Translations under genes and position numbers: made by a program
The notes under the pieces: model-generated
Seen by the model: only the letters and a program-made list of their open reading frames with translations
Databases searched by the model: none
Told to the model about the DNA's origin: nothing
Source of the DNA: Tubulanus polymorphus
Lineage: Eukaryota > Animalia > Nemertea
Length of the DNA: 64,000 nt
Assembly: GCF_964204645.1 (NCBI RefSeq)
Contig: NC_134032.1
Coordinates: forward strand, 3,186,175 to 3,250,174
Direction of reading: 5' to 3'
In this document: piece after piece, positions 1 to 10,402 of the stretch
Layout of the letters: every line of letters starts with the position of its first letter
Numbering within the stretch: the first letter of the stretch is position 1

Positions 1-2
1 CA

Positions 3-302
3 TCGTCGGCTACTGCCCTGAATTTATATTTCGGGGGCAGAATTGATGGACATCATATCAAAAACTACTCGATTTCTTATTTAGTCCGCGGACGTGGTAT
101 AGAAGGAATTATTACGGAAGAATCGCAAAAGATGTTCTCGCGCACGTCTTATAAACATATTGTTTGTAACAAATGTCCAGAGGCAAAGGAAGTGAAGTAT
201 CCGATCAATGATGTATTCAACGAGGAGGACTGGGTTTCAGTGAGATGCACAAACGGGGATGCGTACATTAATGCGTACGTTTATCAAACGGTCAAATCGT
301 GA
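3..302 (+). CDS. 3' end of an unrecognised protein (paralog of 53641-54103), 5'-truncated by window edge
   Basis: Frame 3 is open from the window start to TGA 300-302: SSATALNLYFGGRIDGHHIKNYSISYLVRGRGIEG...VCNKCPE...WVSVRCTNGDAYINAYVYQTVKS*. Colinear motif matches to the 53741 ORF. Missed by the ORF track. Confidence 0.75.
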   Translation, partial: SSATALNLYFGGRIDGHHIKNYSISYLVRGRGIEGIITEESQKMFSRTSYKHIVCNKCPEAKEVKYPINDVFNEEDWVSVRCTNGDAYINAYVYQTVKS

Positions 303-989
303 CAGATATTGGGACGATTGATTGTCAAATAATAACCAGTGTTATATTTTCACTAATCACACATCAGACCAACAAAGAATCTATATGGCTGTCATTTTCA
401 TGGTACTATTTCGATAGCGACTGGATTGACATTTTTTTCGTTTTATGATATATGTTGATGTGAATTAATTCTCGTTTGAATGAGGCAATTAGTAGTTTCT
501 GTCGGGTCATCGGCAACCAATATTTCCAGTGCGGGTACATACACGTGTAATGTCGAATATTGGATACACGCAGATATTATGACGTACGTGGTACGTTAGA
601 AGTGATACTTCATTATCACCATCCGGCATCAATATTCTATTTTACCGGCACAAAAAGTATATTCAAATTGAAAATATTCGTCAGCGTTACAGTTTGAGTC
701 AGTATTGAATGCTTTAAATATTTCATGGCACAAAATCGTTTTTTGGAGCACAAGGCCAGTCTATCGAGCAAATTACTATTCAATTCCAATGAAATTCAGT
801 CAACAACTACGCAATGCTCTCGTGGAACATACCCAGTGACTAGAAACGTCTCGAAGATATTGAAAGGTCACAGGCCTAACTGATGAAAGAATTATCGTCT
901 CCTCGAATGACAATGCTACCCTGTAATTACGCAAAAAATCACGGAAATAAGGTAACTGCGCGTCAGCATTGTTATCAGTATCCTCGCTT

Positions 990-1260
990 GTCAGAGTTTG
1001 ATTGCCTCCCGCCGGAGCTCACGCCAACACAAACTCAGCGCCCACCAGTCTATGTATCAGATGCGTGGTATTTATAGAGCAAACGTTGTACCGGTATAAA
1101 TGCGTCTGATTGGCTAGATATATAGACTGGCGGGCGCTGAGCGGAACCTATCCGCCCAAGAAATCGTGGGCGATGTAATGGACCAATGAAGGTTTTTCAG
1201 CCACGTTTTGTATTGGCGTTGGCTTCAGCGGGCGGCAATCAAATCCTGGCAAGCGATGAT
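990..1260. mobile_element. Partial copy of palindromic MITE family A (other copies 3350-3570, 39253-39658)
   Basis: Shares tccgcccaagaaat...gaccaatgaagg...ggcaagcga with 39540-39635; 1061-1120 is the reverse complement of 39430-39500. Confidence 0.7.
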
Positions 1261-1575
1261 TTGATATCAGTATCTGAGTGCGATCTGATTGTTACACATC
1301 GTCGCAGTCGACCCAGGCGTCCACTTGCAACTGGTGGAGGATAGTAGCACACCACCGCAGTCGACCCAGGCGTCCACTCGCGACTGAGGGAACCGCATAA
1401 AATACATCGAATTTTTAATTTTTGACATTGCCAACTCATTTAAACAGCTTCATAATCAATTAAATTATTAATTATTTCGCAATCAATTTTCTCTCGCTAG
1501 AAAAATATCGGTTTTTTTAGAGCATATGTTTATATCCAAACAGCTACCACGGTTACAGGTGCAGCTACCGTGAAG

Positions 1576-3307
1576 ATGGAACAATTCAGCTATAGTCGCT
1601 TCGTAGTGATATTCACGCTCTCGATTTGGGTTCATTACAGTTGGTGCAATAGTAAGTTTTTTGGATGGCTGTATTCAAGTTTGCTTGTACAAAATGAATC
1701 TCAAGTTTTTTTTATCATTGCATTGAAGAAACATTCACAATTCAAAGAAATAATATAAGGGCAAAACTTTACGTTTCGATTGCTTAAAAGTATAGTAACG
1801 ATTACGAACACGAGCATACGTGGCTCCTGGAAAACATATTTCTTATACATGAAATTTCGAAATATAACTATCGATTCAGTTTATCTTCACAGCAGGGGCA
1901 AGCACATCTAGGCTGGCAGAAAGGGGCGGATCCAGGCTGGCGGAAAGGGGCGGATCTTGTGAACTCTTATGAAAGGGCTCTTTTTAGTCGCGCCACAGGT
2001 GCAAAGTATTTGCAAGCGGTCCAGGGACAGGCCCGAGAGAGAATTGAAAACTTAGTTATGTTTTCATGCGATTTAGTGCATTTCAAAGCTAGATCAGCAC
2101 AGGGGAATAGCAGCATGTATTTTCAAAACGACACTTGGTCAGAAGGTGGGGGGGGGGGGTGTCGTACCCTCCGAATCCACCACTGCAAAGCCACCAAAAG
2201 TTGAAACCTTGAATTAGGTTTTATCACGAGTTAATTTTTCCCGTTGATTCTTTTCCTTCAGTTTTTCGAAATTCTATTAGGTATATTTATTGTTCTATTG
2301 TTTTTGCATTGTGTGAGTCGATGTGCACTACGTCATCGATATTGAGGCTAGACTGGTTGCCAGTCAATTAAATTAAATTAAATTTTCGATTTTTTCAAAT
2401 TCAAATTAACCTTATTGGTAATCCTTATTGAATTTTTTTTCATTTTTTATGAGTTTCGCTACTAATTCAAATATAAATTGTTATTATTTTCATATTTTTC
2501 ATTTTTTATGAGCTCGACCTTTCGACCTTTGATCTGAAAGCCTATTATCCCTATTACTGTAATGAAAGCATTGTATAATTGGTGGATGCTGTGATAATAT
2601 GTGGATTCAGGAGTCTGAAAATCCAGTTCAAAGTTCATTGAAAATTGAAAAATTAATTTTGACAACGACGACCTACTGCTCGCTGCGCCATCTGACGGGA
2701 TAGTTGGTGCTGCCGGGTTTCTCATTTTAACCAAATTCAAATTCATACACATTCAATCCATTTTTTTCAGCCTACGGATTTTCAACATTGAGTTTAGGAT
2801 CTGTTTGGAAAGGAAGTGACAGAATGCTGTGTTATACATTGGTGTTTTATGAAGTGAAATTCCCGTCGAACGGATTCATAACAGGATTCGATTACTACAG
2901 ACAAGTTGGTAATTGGAGAACTGATGAATTGGGCGTGTTTAGAAAATCTGAAACCGGGCGGAACAGCTACACTCTGATTCACAGAATCGCGATTCCTACC
3001 GGACCTACGGGGGTTGTACAAATAAGGTTTAACCAGTCGCGATGGATGACCGTTCAAGAGAATGACGTACTTGGTTTTCAATGCGTCGATGGAAGAAATG
3101 GAGGGTCAGCGGCGTTGTTCAACCGGTCTTCTCGATTCGTGGCTCCTTATAGAAGATATGCTGGTAAACGGAAATCATGGACCGCCGGAGAAACTGCTGA
3201 TTTCCCCGATCCTAGCCCATCATTTGTATCATTGCCGTACAAGATATTCTACATTACCAGTGAAGACACCTTCATGATCAATGATAATCTCGTCACGAAC
3301 GTGCGAG
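1576..3307 (+). CDS. Secreted protein with uncharacterised beta-rich domain; exons 1576-1651 and 2771-3307; downstream exon(s) not located
   Basis: ATG 1576 starts a signal-peptide-like exon (MEQFSYSRFVVIFTLSIWVHYSWCN) ending A|GTAAGT (phase 1). Acceptor TTTTTTTCAG| at 2770 restores the frame of ORF 2788-3336. Next donor G|GTATGA at 3307/3308. Domain pattern FPSNGFITGFDYY..LGVFR..YTLI..VQENDVLGF. Confidence 0.75.
2585..2718. repeat. Dispersed repeat, second copy at ~26466-26595
   Basis: gatgctgtgataatat..ggattc..gagtc..aaatccagttcaaagttca..aattttgacaacg..gacctactgctc..cgccatctg.cgggatag is present at both loci. Confidence 0.8.
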
Positions 3308-3349
3308 GTATGATTTTTGTTTTTCGCTTTCAGTGATTTGTGTCTAAAA

Positions 3350-3570
3350 CCATCCTCGCTTGCCAGGGCTTGATTGCGACCCAACGAAGCTCACAAACCC
3401 TTGCCGCAAACCCTTCGTTGGTCTATTATTACATTGCCCAAGACTTTTTGTGCGGACAGGTTACCGCTAAGCGGCAACCAGTCTATATATTTAACCAATC
3501 AGTTGCGTTGTACTGATCGAGCGAATCTGCAGGCAAAAACAACGCACCTGATTAACAACGCATAGACTAG
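3350..3570. mobile_element. Half copy of MITE family A, cut off at the Penelope-like insertion
   Basis: Begins ccatcctcgcttgccaggg.ttgattg like the left arm at 39273; reverse-complementary to 1105-1260. Confidence 0.7.
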
Positions 3571-3571
3571 A

Positions 3572-3771
3572 TAGAACGATGACCACACTCAAACGTGGTG
3601 AACGGATAATAAGATAAAATCCCACTATTTACAGATTAAAAGAATTTAAAAACAAGAATTTATTTATTAAATCTAAAATATTTAAAAGACACGACGTTTC
3701 GATCTCACCCTAGAGATCATCGTCAGGTGTGACACCTGACGATGATCTCTAGGGTGAGATCGAAACGTCGT
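3572..3771. mobile_element. Penelope-like element (PLE) remnant with inverted pseudo-LTR segment
   Basis: Near-identical to 51489-51717. Contains a perfect inverted duplication (3691-3730 / 3732-3771) of a hammerhead motif; inverted pLTR junctions plus minimal HHRs are PLE hallmarks. Confidence 0.75.
3688..3730 (-). ncRNA. Minimal type I hammerhead ribozyme (mirror copy on + strand at 3731-3771)
   Basis: ACAC-CUGACGA-U-GAUCUC(UAGGGU)GAGAUC-GAAA-C-GUC-GUGU: core CUGANGA and GAAA, 6-bp stem II, GUC cleavage triplet, stem I ACAC/GUGU. Confidence 0.8.
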
Positions 3772-5692
3772 TTATGGCTGGATAACAGTTCATAAGAAAT
3801 CCAGTTGTTTTGTCGTCAATTGGCTTTGAACTTTCTTCCTCGATGCGAATACGAACATACTTCTAGTTTCTGTCCAATATTATTATAAATTAGGAAATTC
3901 AGGCTATAAATTGACACCTTATTTTATTAGAATATGCAATAAAATTGTCCTGGTCGCTGATGAGAAACAAGGTATCATTTTTAGCCTTGAATTTGAATAA
4001 TCCACTTGTAACGTCCAATATGCATTCATGTCTCCTTTTCAATTCAATTTAATTCAATTCAATATATTTATTTGCATAAAATATAATATGTAAACATATA
4101 TACAATCTACACAGGCCAAACAAAGCCAGAAAGGCCGCTTAACGCTAGCACCTATACAAAAAACAAAACAAAGTACCGTAGCAAAAATATACATAAAGTA
4201 TACACATATAATTAACAATATGACTCAGCAGAATGTGGATGGGTAATTATTATGTGACTGATTATTAATTATACAGTTTGGGCATCCTTTATAGTCAAAC
4301 ATTTGGCAATGTCGCCAGTCGCCATTTTCTTCTAGTCAAAAACCATATTCACCTTACTAAAAACTTGGGATTCACAATTTAGATTTTGAACGTTGCCAAA
4401 GTATGAAAAAAATGGTTTAATATAATCGAACGCGCATCAAAGATAATTAAAAAACGAAAAAGACAAAAGTGCCCGAACGAAATGGCGGCTAGCTACTGTA
4501 AAATGGTTATTCACATATGGATTTCAAGTGCAACGGACAGAAAAACACAACTGCTGAATAAGGTAAGTTATATATTTGCCTACCGATGTGAAGCCTACCA
4601 CGAATTTTGTTGCTGTGGCCACCAAAAGTAATACAACTTCAGGTAACAGTATTCAAGTCCGAGTTCTCGAATCGCAGTCTTATCTGGCTAATAGACTTTA
4701 GCCGAAACTGCAAATATATATACTCTTCTATTCAATTTTCTCGTTTTGGCTAAATTTATTGTCGGATTTCTCGCATTTATTCATCATACACGGACATCTA
4801 CAACTACAACTATCTTTATTGATAAAAAGCGGTGTGGAGTTTGTAGTCCGTGATTCGTGTATTCTAGAAATATATTTTTTTCTGTAATTCTGTCCATTCA
4901 TATAGTTAATATACAGTGTCCTTGTAATTTCTAATTGATTTCTGTTCAGACGAAATCAACTATTTACCTATATGATCAGCTTTCTAGAAAACAATCGGTC
5001 GAAATTAGGAATTTCTTGATGATTTCCGCATTCATCGGAATGTAATCCCGGCGTTCATCAACAATTCAAAACTGGAGGTTTTATTCACAGGAACCGTCAG
5101 GAACATATAAAATCTGTGATTTATAAAATGTATTAATTGCGGAACGTACTAAAAATCAATGCAATGATATCGTAACAATCTTAATTATCAACCGGTTTTC
5201 GAAATTTTTTCACCGAGGTGTGGATTTCATAAGCGCAATCATTGGGGTGCCAATTACGCATGCGTCAGTTGGCTACATCATCTTAAAAAAACTACCTCAA
5301 CGGATTGCTTTTAGAATCAACGCGCAGCGCTGCTATATCCAGCCCTTCCTGTTGAGATAATTGCTCGTAGAACTTACACACGACCAGTATCTTTCATTTG
5401 GTACCAAAAACTTGGTAATCCAAAGCGCACAGACCGCGCCAACCCGTGACAAAGTTTCGCCGTTACTCTTATAGATATCTAGACACGTGCATACCGGTAC
5501 ATCATTAATTAGTGGTATAGAATAGTTAATGTTCAGCCGTTACGAAAAATCTCAAGTCAGGTCACAAAATAACGTATTATGGTTTTTATGATTCGCGATA
5601 CTGATATGGACAGCGTTAATTAGGGTTTGGTCGACACTAGACACAATATTTTTCTACGTCGCGTAGATCGAACCGCGGCATCATCCGCTCCT

Positions 5693-6757
5693 ATGGACGG
5701 TAACTCAACGACTCCGCCCGATGTCTCATCGGAACATAAATGTAAGGTCAGAACGTTCCACATTACATTCGAGGTATCTACGCGAATCGCGTCCCTCGCC
5801 GTCATGATACTCGGCATTCTGTTGAACATTTTGGTCGTCGTTACTTTAAAGATATTGAGTTCGACTCACATTTCTTATCATCTTCTACGCTGTTTGGCTG
5901 TTATGGACATTGTGTTTTTAATATGGCGCGGGATACAAGGACCGATACGCATTATAATAGCGCTGATTATACAAGGAGAATATGTACTCGCAAATTACAG
6001 TAAGATAGGGACTATTCCGTGGATCTTTCTGATATCGCGTATTCCGCGCACTGCATCCCAAATGACACGTAACTGGATAACTGTCGGTGTCGTCGTACAA
6101 CGAACTCTATCGATTATATTTCCATTTTTCGCGAAACGAACTATTACACAATTTCGAATCAAAGTCCTGATAGTTGTAGGCTTCGTATTCTTCGGACTGA
6201 TCGAAGCGCCTTATTTCGCTACAATCGACGGAGTTCATCATTTTTGGGACGACTGCTCGGACCGTATTCAAATGTACATCCGCGAAAACAAAGGAACATT
6301 ATCGAAAACTATACAAAATATGATTTCGGCTGTTTACGGACCGATTATCAAAGAATATCTACCGGTTATATTACTAATCATTTCCAATACAATCATGATA
6401 GTAAAACTGCGACAAATTCAGGCTAAACGTACAGAGGATTTCACCTCACACGGAGGTGAGAATAGCAATAGAAATATTGATATCAAGGCTACGAAAATGG
6501 CGATATCGGTTGTTTTGTTGTTCATCGTTTTTGAGACACCCGGATCTTTCTCTTCGATATATCATTACATACGATGGGGTTTCCCGTCTTTACCCCCTTT
6601 GCCAAATGATTATTGGTATTTCGGTCGAGTTGTCAGCGCTTTCTTTCCTATGTTGAATTCTGCGTCCAATTTTTTCCTGTACTGTATCGTAAACGGTACG
6701 TTTAGGAAAACAGCTCTGAAACTTATGCGAGACCGATGTCGACAAAACGCGACATGA
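5693..6757 (+). CDS. Rhodopsin-class 7TM GPCR, FMRFamide/sex-peptide-receptor-like orphan; single coding exon
   Basis: Seven hydrophobic segments; TM1 GILLN, TM2 LAVMD, TM3 end VQRTLSI (DRY equivalent), TM6 FETP, TM7 NSASNFFLY. First ATG at 5693 follows a pyrimidine-rich AG at 5666; N-glycosylation sequon NST near the N-terminus. Confidence 0.9.
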   Translation: MDGNSTTPPDVSSEHKCKVRTFHITFEVSTRIASLAVMILGILLNILVVVTLKILSSTHISYHLLRCLAVMDIVFLIWRGIQGPIRIIIALIIQGEYVLANYSKIGTIPWIFLISRIPRTASQMTRNWITVGVVVQRTLSIIFPFFAKRTITQFRIKVLIVVGFVFFGLIEAPYFATIDGVHHFWDDCSDRIQMYIRENKGTLSKTIQNMISAVYGPIIKEYLPVILLIISNTIMIVKLRQIQAKRTEDFTSHGGENSNRNIDIKATKMAISVVLLFIVFETPGSFSSIYHYIRWGFPSLPPLPNDYWYFGRVVSAFFPMLNSASNFFLYCIVNGTFRKTALKLMRDRCRQNAT

Positions 6758-7023
6758 TCAAATGAACGTTGAACTTGCTATTGCTAATTCGTATTTGAAC
6801 AGTTCGAACATAATTTACTAATTGTATGTTGTGATTAATGACGACTAACAACTACGTAGTTTGATGGTAGTAATTTCTGCAGCAATTTACACAGTCCGTA
6901 TCTCGCTACTGCTAGACTTGTTCTTTTTGGGATGTCTGCACAAATACTCTTCAAATGGAATCCAATAAAAGTGATTCAGAGAATATTGAGGACTTTATTT
7001 TCGTCGACTTTTTAGGTTTACGC

Positions 7024-7365
7024 TTTTAAAGAGCATTTACCGATCGTGTTGTTTATTATTTTCAATACAGTTATGATAATAAAACTGCAACAAATTCAGG
7101 CTAAACGTAAAGAAGATAAAGAAGATACGTAAAGAAGGAATACGTAAAAAAGAAATATTGATATTAACGCTACAACAGTTTATACGGGAAATAGCAATAT
7201 CAGTTATTTTGGATTTTATCATTTTTGAAGCACCCGGCTCTATATAGTAAAACACGGTCTCGTTTCACGTCTTACCCCCTATAACCACGCAGTTATTGGT
7301 ATTTCGAAACCCCGAACTTTGCTCTTTTTCCGCCATCTAATTTTTCCCTATACTGTATTGTAAAT
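7024..7365 (+). pseudogene. Degenerate tandem duplicate of the TM5-TM7 half of the upstream GPCR
   Basis: Colinear with 6345-6695 (aaaactgc.acaaattcaggctaaacgta, agaaatattgatat, tttttga..cacccgg, cgtct.tacccc, tattggtatttcg, tactgtat.gtaaa) with indels. Confidence 0.85.
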
Positions 7366-7370
7366 ACATG

Positions 7371-7531
7371 CAGTCTACCACCGATATACTGCCCTCCAAT
7401 TAACCGCCATCCCCGCCTACCGCCAGGTTTTCTCGATGTACACTTCTATAGAAATATGTAGTAAAACCCCTCGATATACCGCCAAAATCGTTCAGCACCG
7501 ATGTGGGTGGTATATCGGGGTTTGACAGTAT
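7371..7531. mobile_element. Tc1/mariner-type MITE remnant
   Basis: Imperfect TIRs cagtctaccaccgatatac / gtatatcggggtttgacag-ta. Confidence 0.45.
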
Positions 7532-8186
7532 AAAGTGTCTTTATTGTATTTGTCATAATTTGAGCGTCTCAACTACGAAAATTCAATGTGAATTTCATCG
7601 TAACTAACTTTAGCTTCGTTCTCTGAGCCCGCCGCACACGGCAAAAAGTTTGTTTGTTCAAGTGATAGTACCGTTTGGGATTATCATTTCATGATAGTTA
7701 TTGGACGTCAATTTCATATGTGAATTGAAGTTCCCATCTCGTGACTCGCATGGCAGACATGTCACTCCTAGGTCTTCCCCCCTGCAACGCTATAACTAGT
7801 TCGGATTGGTTATTTCACCGAGATGCCATTTCGAATCCGTCGATTCCCAACAGCGCCTTGGCTGATTTTGTACGCTTATCCAACCTGGAATTCTGTTCTC
7901 ACTCGATGTAATATATACAAATAGAATACATGTAGATTCAAATATGATAGCCGATATATGCTATTATTGTTAAATTTCTTTAACTTGAGTACACTGATTC
8001 AAAGCATCCTTGCTTGTAGGGCCCGGGGTTAAATTGCCTCCTGCCGAAGCTCAAACCAACACAAACCCTACCCGATGACCCTTATTAAGAAATTAACAAA
8101 AATAGCATGTTTTGGCCATCATTTTTTAATCAACAAAGGAGCATCCTGGTTTGAAAAAAAAATCTTTCCGATTCCCGGATATAAGC

Positions 8187-8282
8187 CGTTGTAATTCGAC
8201 ACAGATTTAAGATGGCTCCTCCACAAATGGGCGCCACCAAACGATAGCTTCGCAAACGTTCGTAAGCTGCCCCGCTGGCTTT
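8187..8282. repeat. Dispersed repeat, inverted copy at ~43920-44000
   Basis: aattcgacacaga.t.aagatggc.c.t.cacaa...gggcgccaccaaacgatagcttc.caaacgt is reverse-complementary to 43925-43993. Confidence 0.75.
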
Positions 8283-8399
8283 AGTTTATTTTTCTTTTTT
8301 TGAATTCCATTCTCTCACGAGATTTGTCAAAATTGAGACAATTTGTTGAGTCTAAAATTCCCGTAATCATTCGATCAAAAATCTCAATGAGCGACTGAT

Positions 8400-10144
8400 T
8401 TTCTTATGAAAAAAGAATAAAAGTTTTCTTGAGCTAACTCAAGATCTAATAGATATTTCTGATTTAGAATGTGCGGTCGTACAATATTTCTGATTGGTGC
8501 AGTGATATGTGATACAATCAAAACATCAATAGGTATTAGATCTGAATTAGTTTGTATATAAATAGTCCCACGTTTCACAATCTGACTTTTAGGCGACGAG
8601 CCAAAACATGCTAACTTTACAATTTCCGTTTGGCCACCAACTTAAGTATTTCAGCCAACGACTCAGTGAGGAAACTTCATTGAGCACCGCAATCAACAAG
8701 TGCGTTCGCGGTAGTTGACAGAAGTGAATCACTCGACTGACGAACTGTAACGACGGCGGTCTCTAACAAAACGACTGAAAAGGAACCGATATAGAGCCCC
8801 CCAATCTCAGTTGGAAGATTGTCGTCACTAGTAGATTTCGTTTCGGATGATTGAACTTCAGTTATGGCTGTTGTTGGACGATTCGATCCATGGCTCGATT
8901 GCGTCAAATTTTGCAGTGTCGGATTAGCTGACGTTTAATTAACAGCTGTAGACGACGTAGCCGAATTTCGTATTTGTCGATCACAAATACTCGTATGATG
9001 CTTTGAACCGCATTTCTTACAACGTGTTTGCGATCTACAACCATCGGCCCAATGATTGGGTCTGAGGCAATTCAAATACAACCTTTTAGATTTTATAACA
9101 TCGAAACGCCCTTTGACGGTTTTGAATTTCGCACATAGATTCGACGCATGAAATTTATCACAATAGGCACAATTACGCTTCGAGTGATTGCATTTGCCGT
9201 CATGTGCGACAAACGTACACACCTCACTTGTTGAGCGCGAAAAATCGTCGGAATTTGAATATCGTGAATGCTGCTAACATGATTCTAATATGTCTAACTC
9301 ATGAGAAAGACATTCTAATAAAACACGAAAATTCCACACAACGGAATCTCGGTTGCGTGTTATATTATGAATTACATTTTTCGGCAATTTTTCCAACAAA
9401 ACCGGAACGAGAAAATCGCCGTACTGATCAGTAGATTTTCCAAGCGATTCGAGAGAGCGCACAGAGCTTATTACACTATCATAAAATGATTGTAACGATT
9501 GCAAATCTTCCCCTGGTTTTTTCATGGTCAGCAGCGCTATCATGTGCGCATTGATTTGGAATTCCGATCGATCAAATCTTTTCTGCAGAATCTCAATAGC
9601 TGCCAGATAAGTGCTATTTGACGGAGATAGCCATGAAATCGCAGATAGTGCGGCACCGCCTAAATTTGCCTCTAAATACGTAAACTCATTCACTGCTGGC
9701 AAATCGGGATTATCATGAATAGCAGTACGAAACGGTTCCCAAAAATCTGCCCACTTTAACATATCGCCATCAAACTTTATCAAGGTTAATTTCGGTAATT
9801 GAGCATTCATTGATCTGGACGCATTTGGACGGATGGAGACTGCGGAAAGACCTTTCAGATAGACCGAGGTGTCCCACCTGACAGAATCTACATTTCTTTC
9901 GTATTCGTCATGCTCGTTAATCGATTTCTCTATCTCGCTTGGATCCGTGTAGAACTTGATAAGCTCCTCGTGATTTATTGATAGAATTTCAAATTTAGAC
10001 CTCAACTTATCGTTGAGATCGCTCAACTGATGCGCGTTTTCGGAATTTTCGTCTAATGATTTGCGAAGGTCGTTCACATACCTGGTTACGATTTTTCCGC
10101 GTCGCTGTTCAGATAGCTTTTAATCGCGGTATTTCTTCTGACAT
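8400..10144 (-). mobile_element. BEL/Pao LTR retrotransposon gag-protease region, degraded and 3'-truncated
   Basis: DUF1759-like gag (LPKLTLIKFDGD..W..FW..F..AIHDN), three zinc-knuckle-like motifs (8935-9222), aspartic protease motif ALVDCGAQ (8677-8907). ATG at 10144; stops and frameshifts. Confidence 0.9.
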
Positions 10145-10150
10145 TTTCCT

Positions 10151-10402
10151 CTCGAGGGACCAACTATTCTGTCGGGAATTCCTTGGTGTCCAATTGAACG
10201 AGGAACTGACTCAGGTTTCAACGATAAAATATATTTATCTACAGCTATATATATACAGGATACGTCGTGACAGCTTGCGTGTCTCTTTCCTACTAACGGT
10301 ATTTTAAAAACAGTTTCAGCCCTATTCAGCCAACCATGACACTCACGTGATCATGTGATCATAGTAATAAACACACCGTGAAGTCGGCGTAAAATGCCGA
10401 CA
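10151..10402 (-). mobile_element. 5' LTR (10170-10402) and primer-binding site (10151-10162) of the BEL/Pao element
   Basis: 233-bp segment bounded by TGTCGG...CCGACA, followed on the minus strand by TGGTCCCTCGAG (tRNA-Arg-type PBS typical of BEL/Pao) and then the gag ATG. Confidence 0.85.

Noticed and set aside
3931-4050. Apparent third exon of the secreted protein after TTATTAG
   Set aside because: Its central part is the reverse-complement terminus of MITE family B (ctgatgagaaacaaggtatcatttttagcct).
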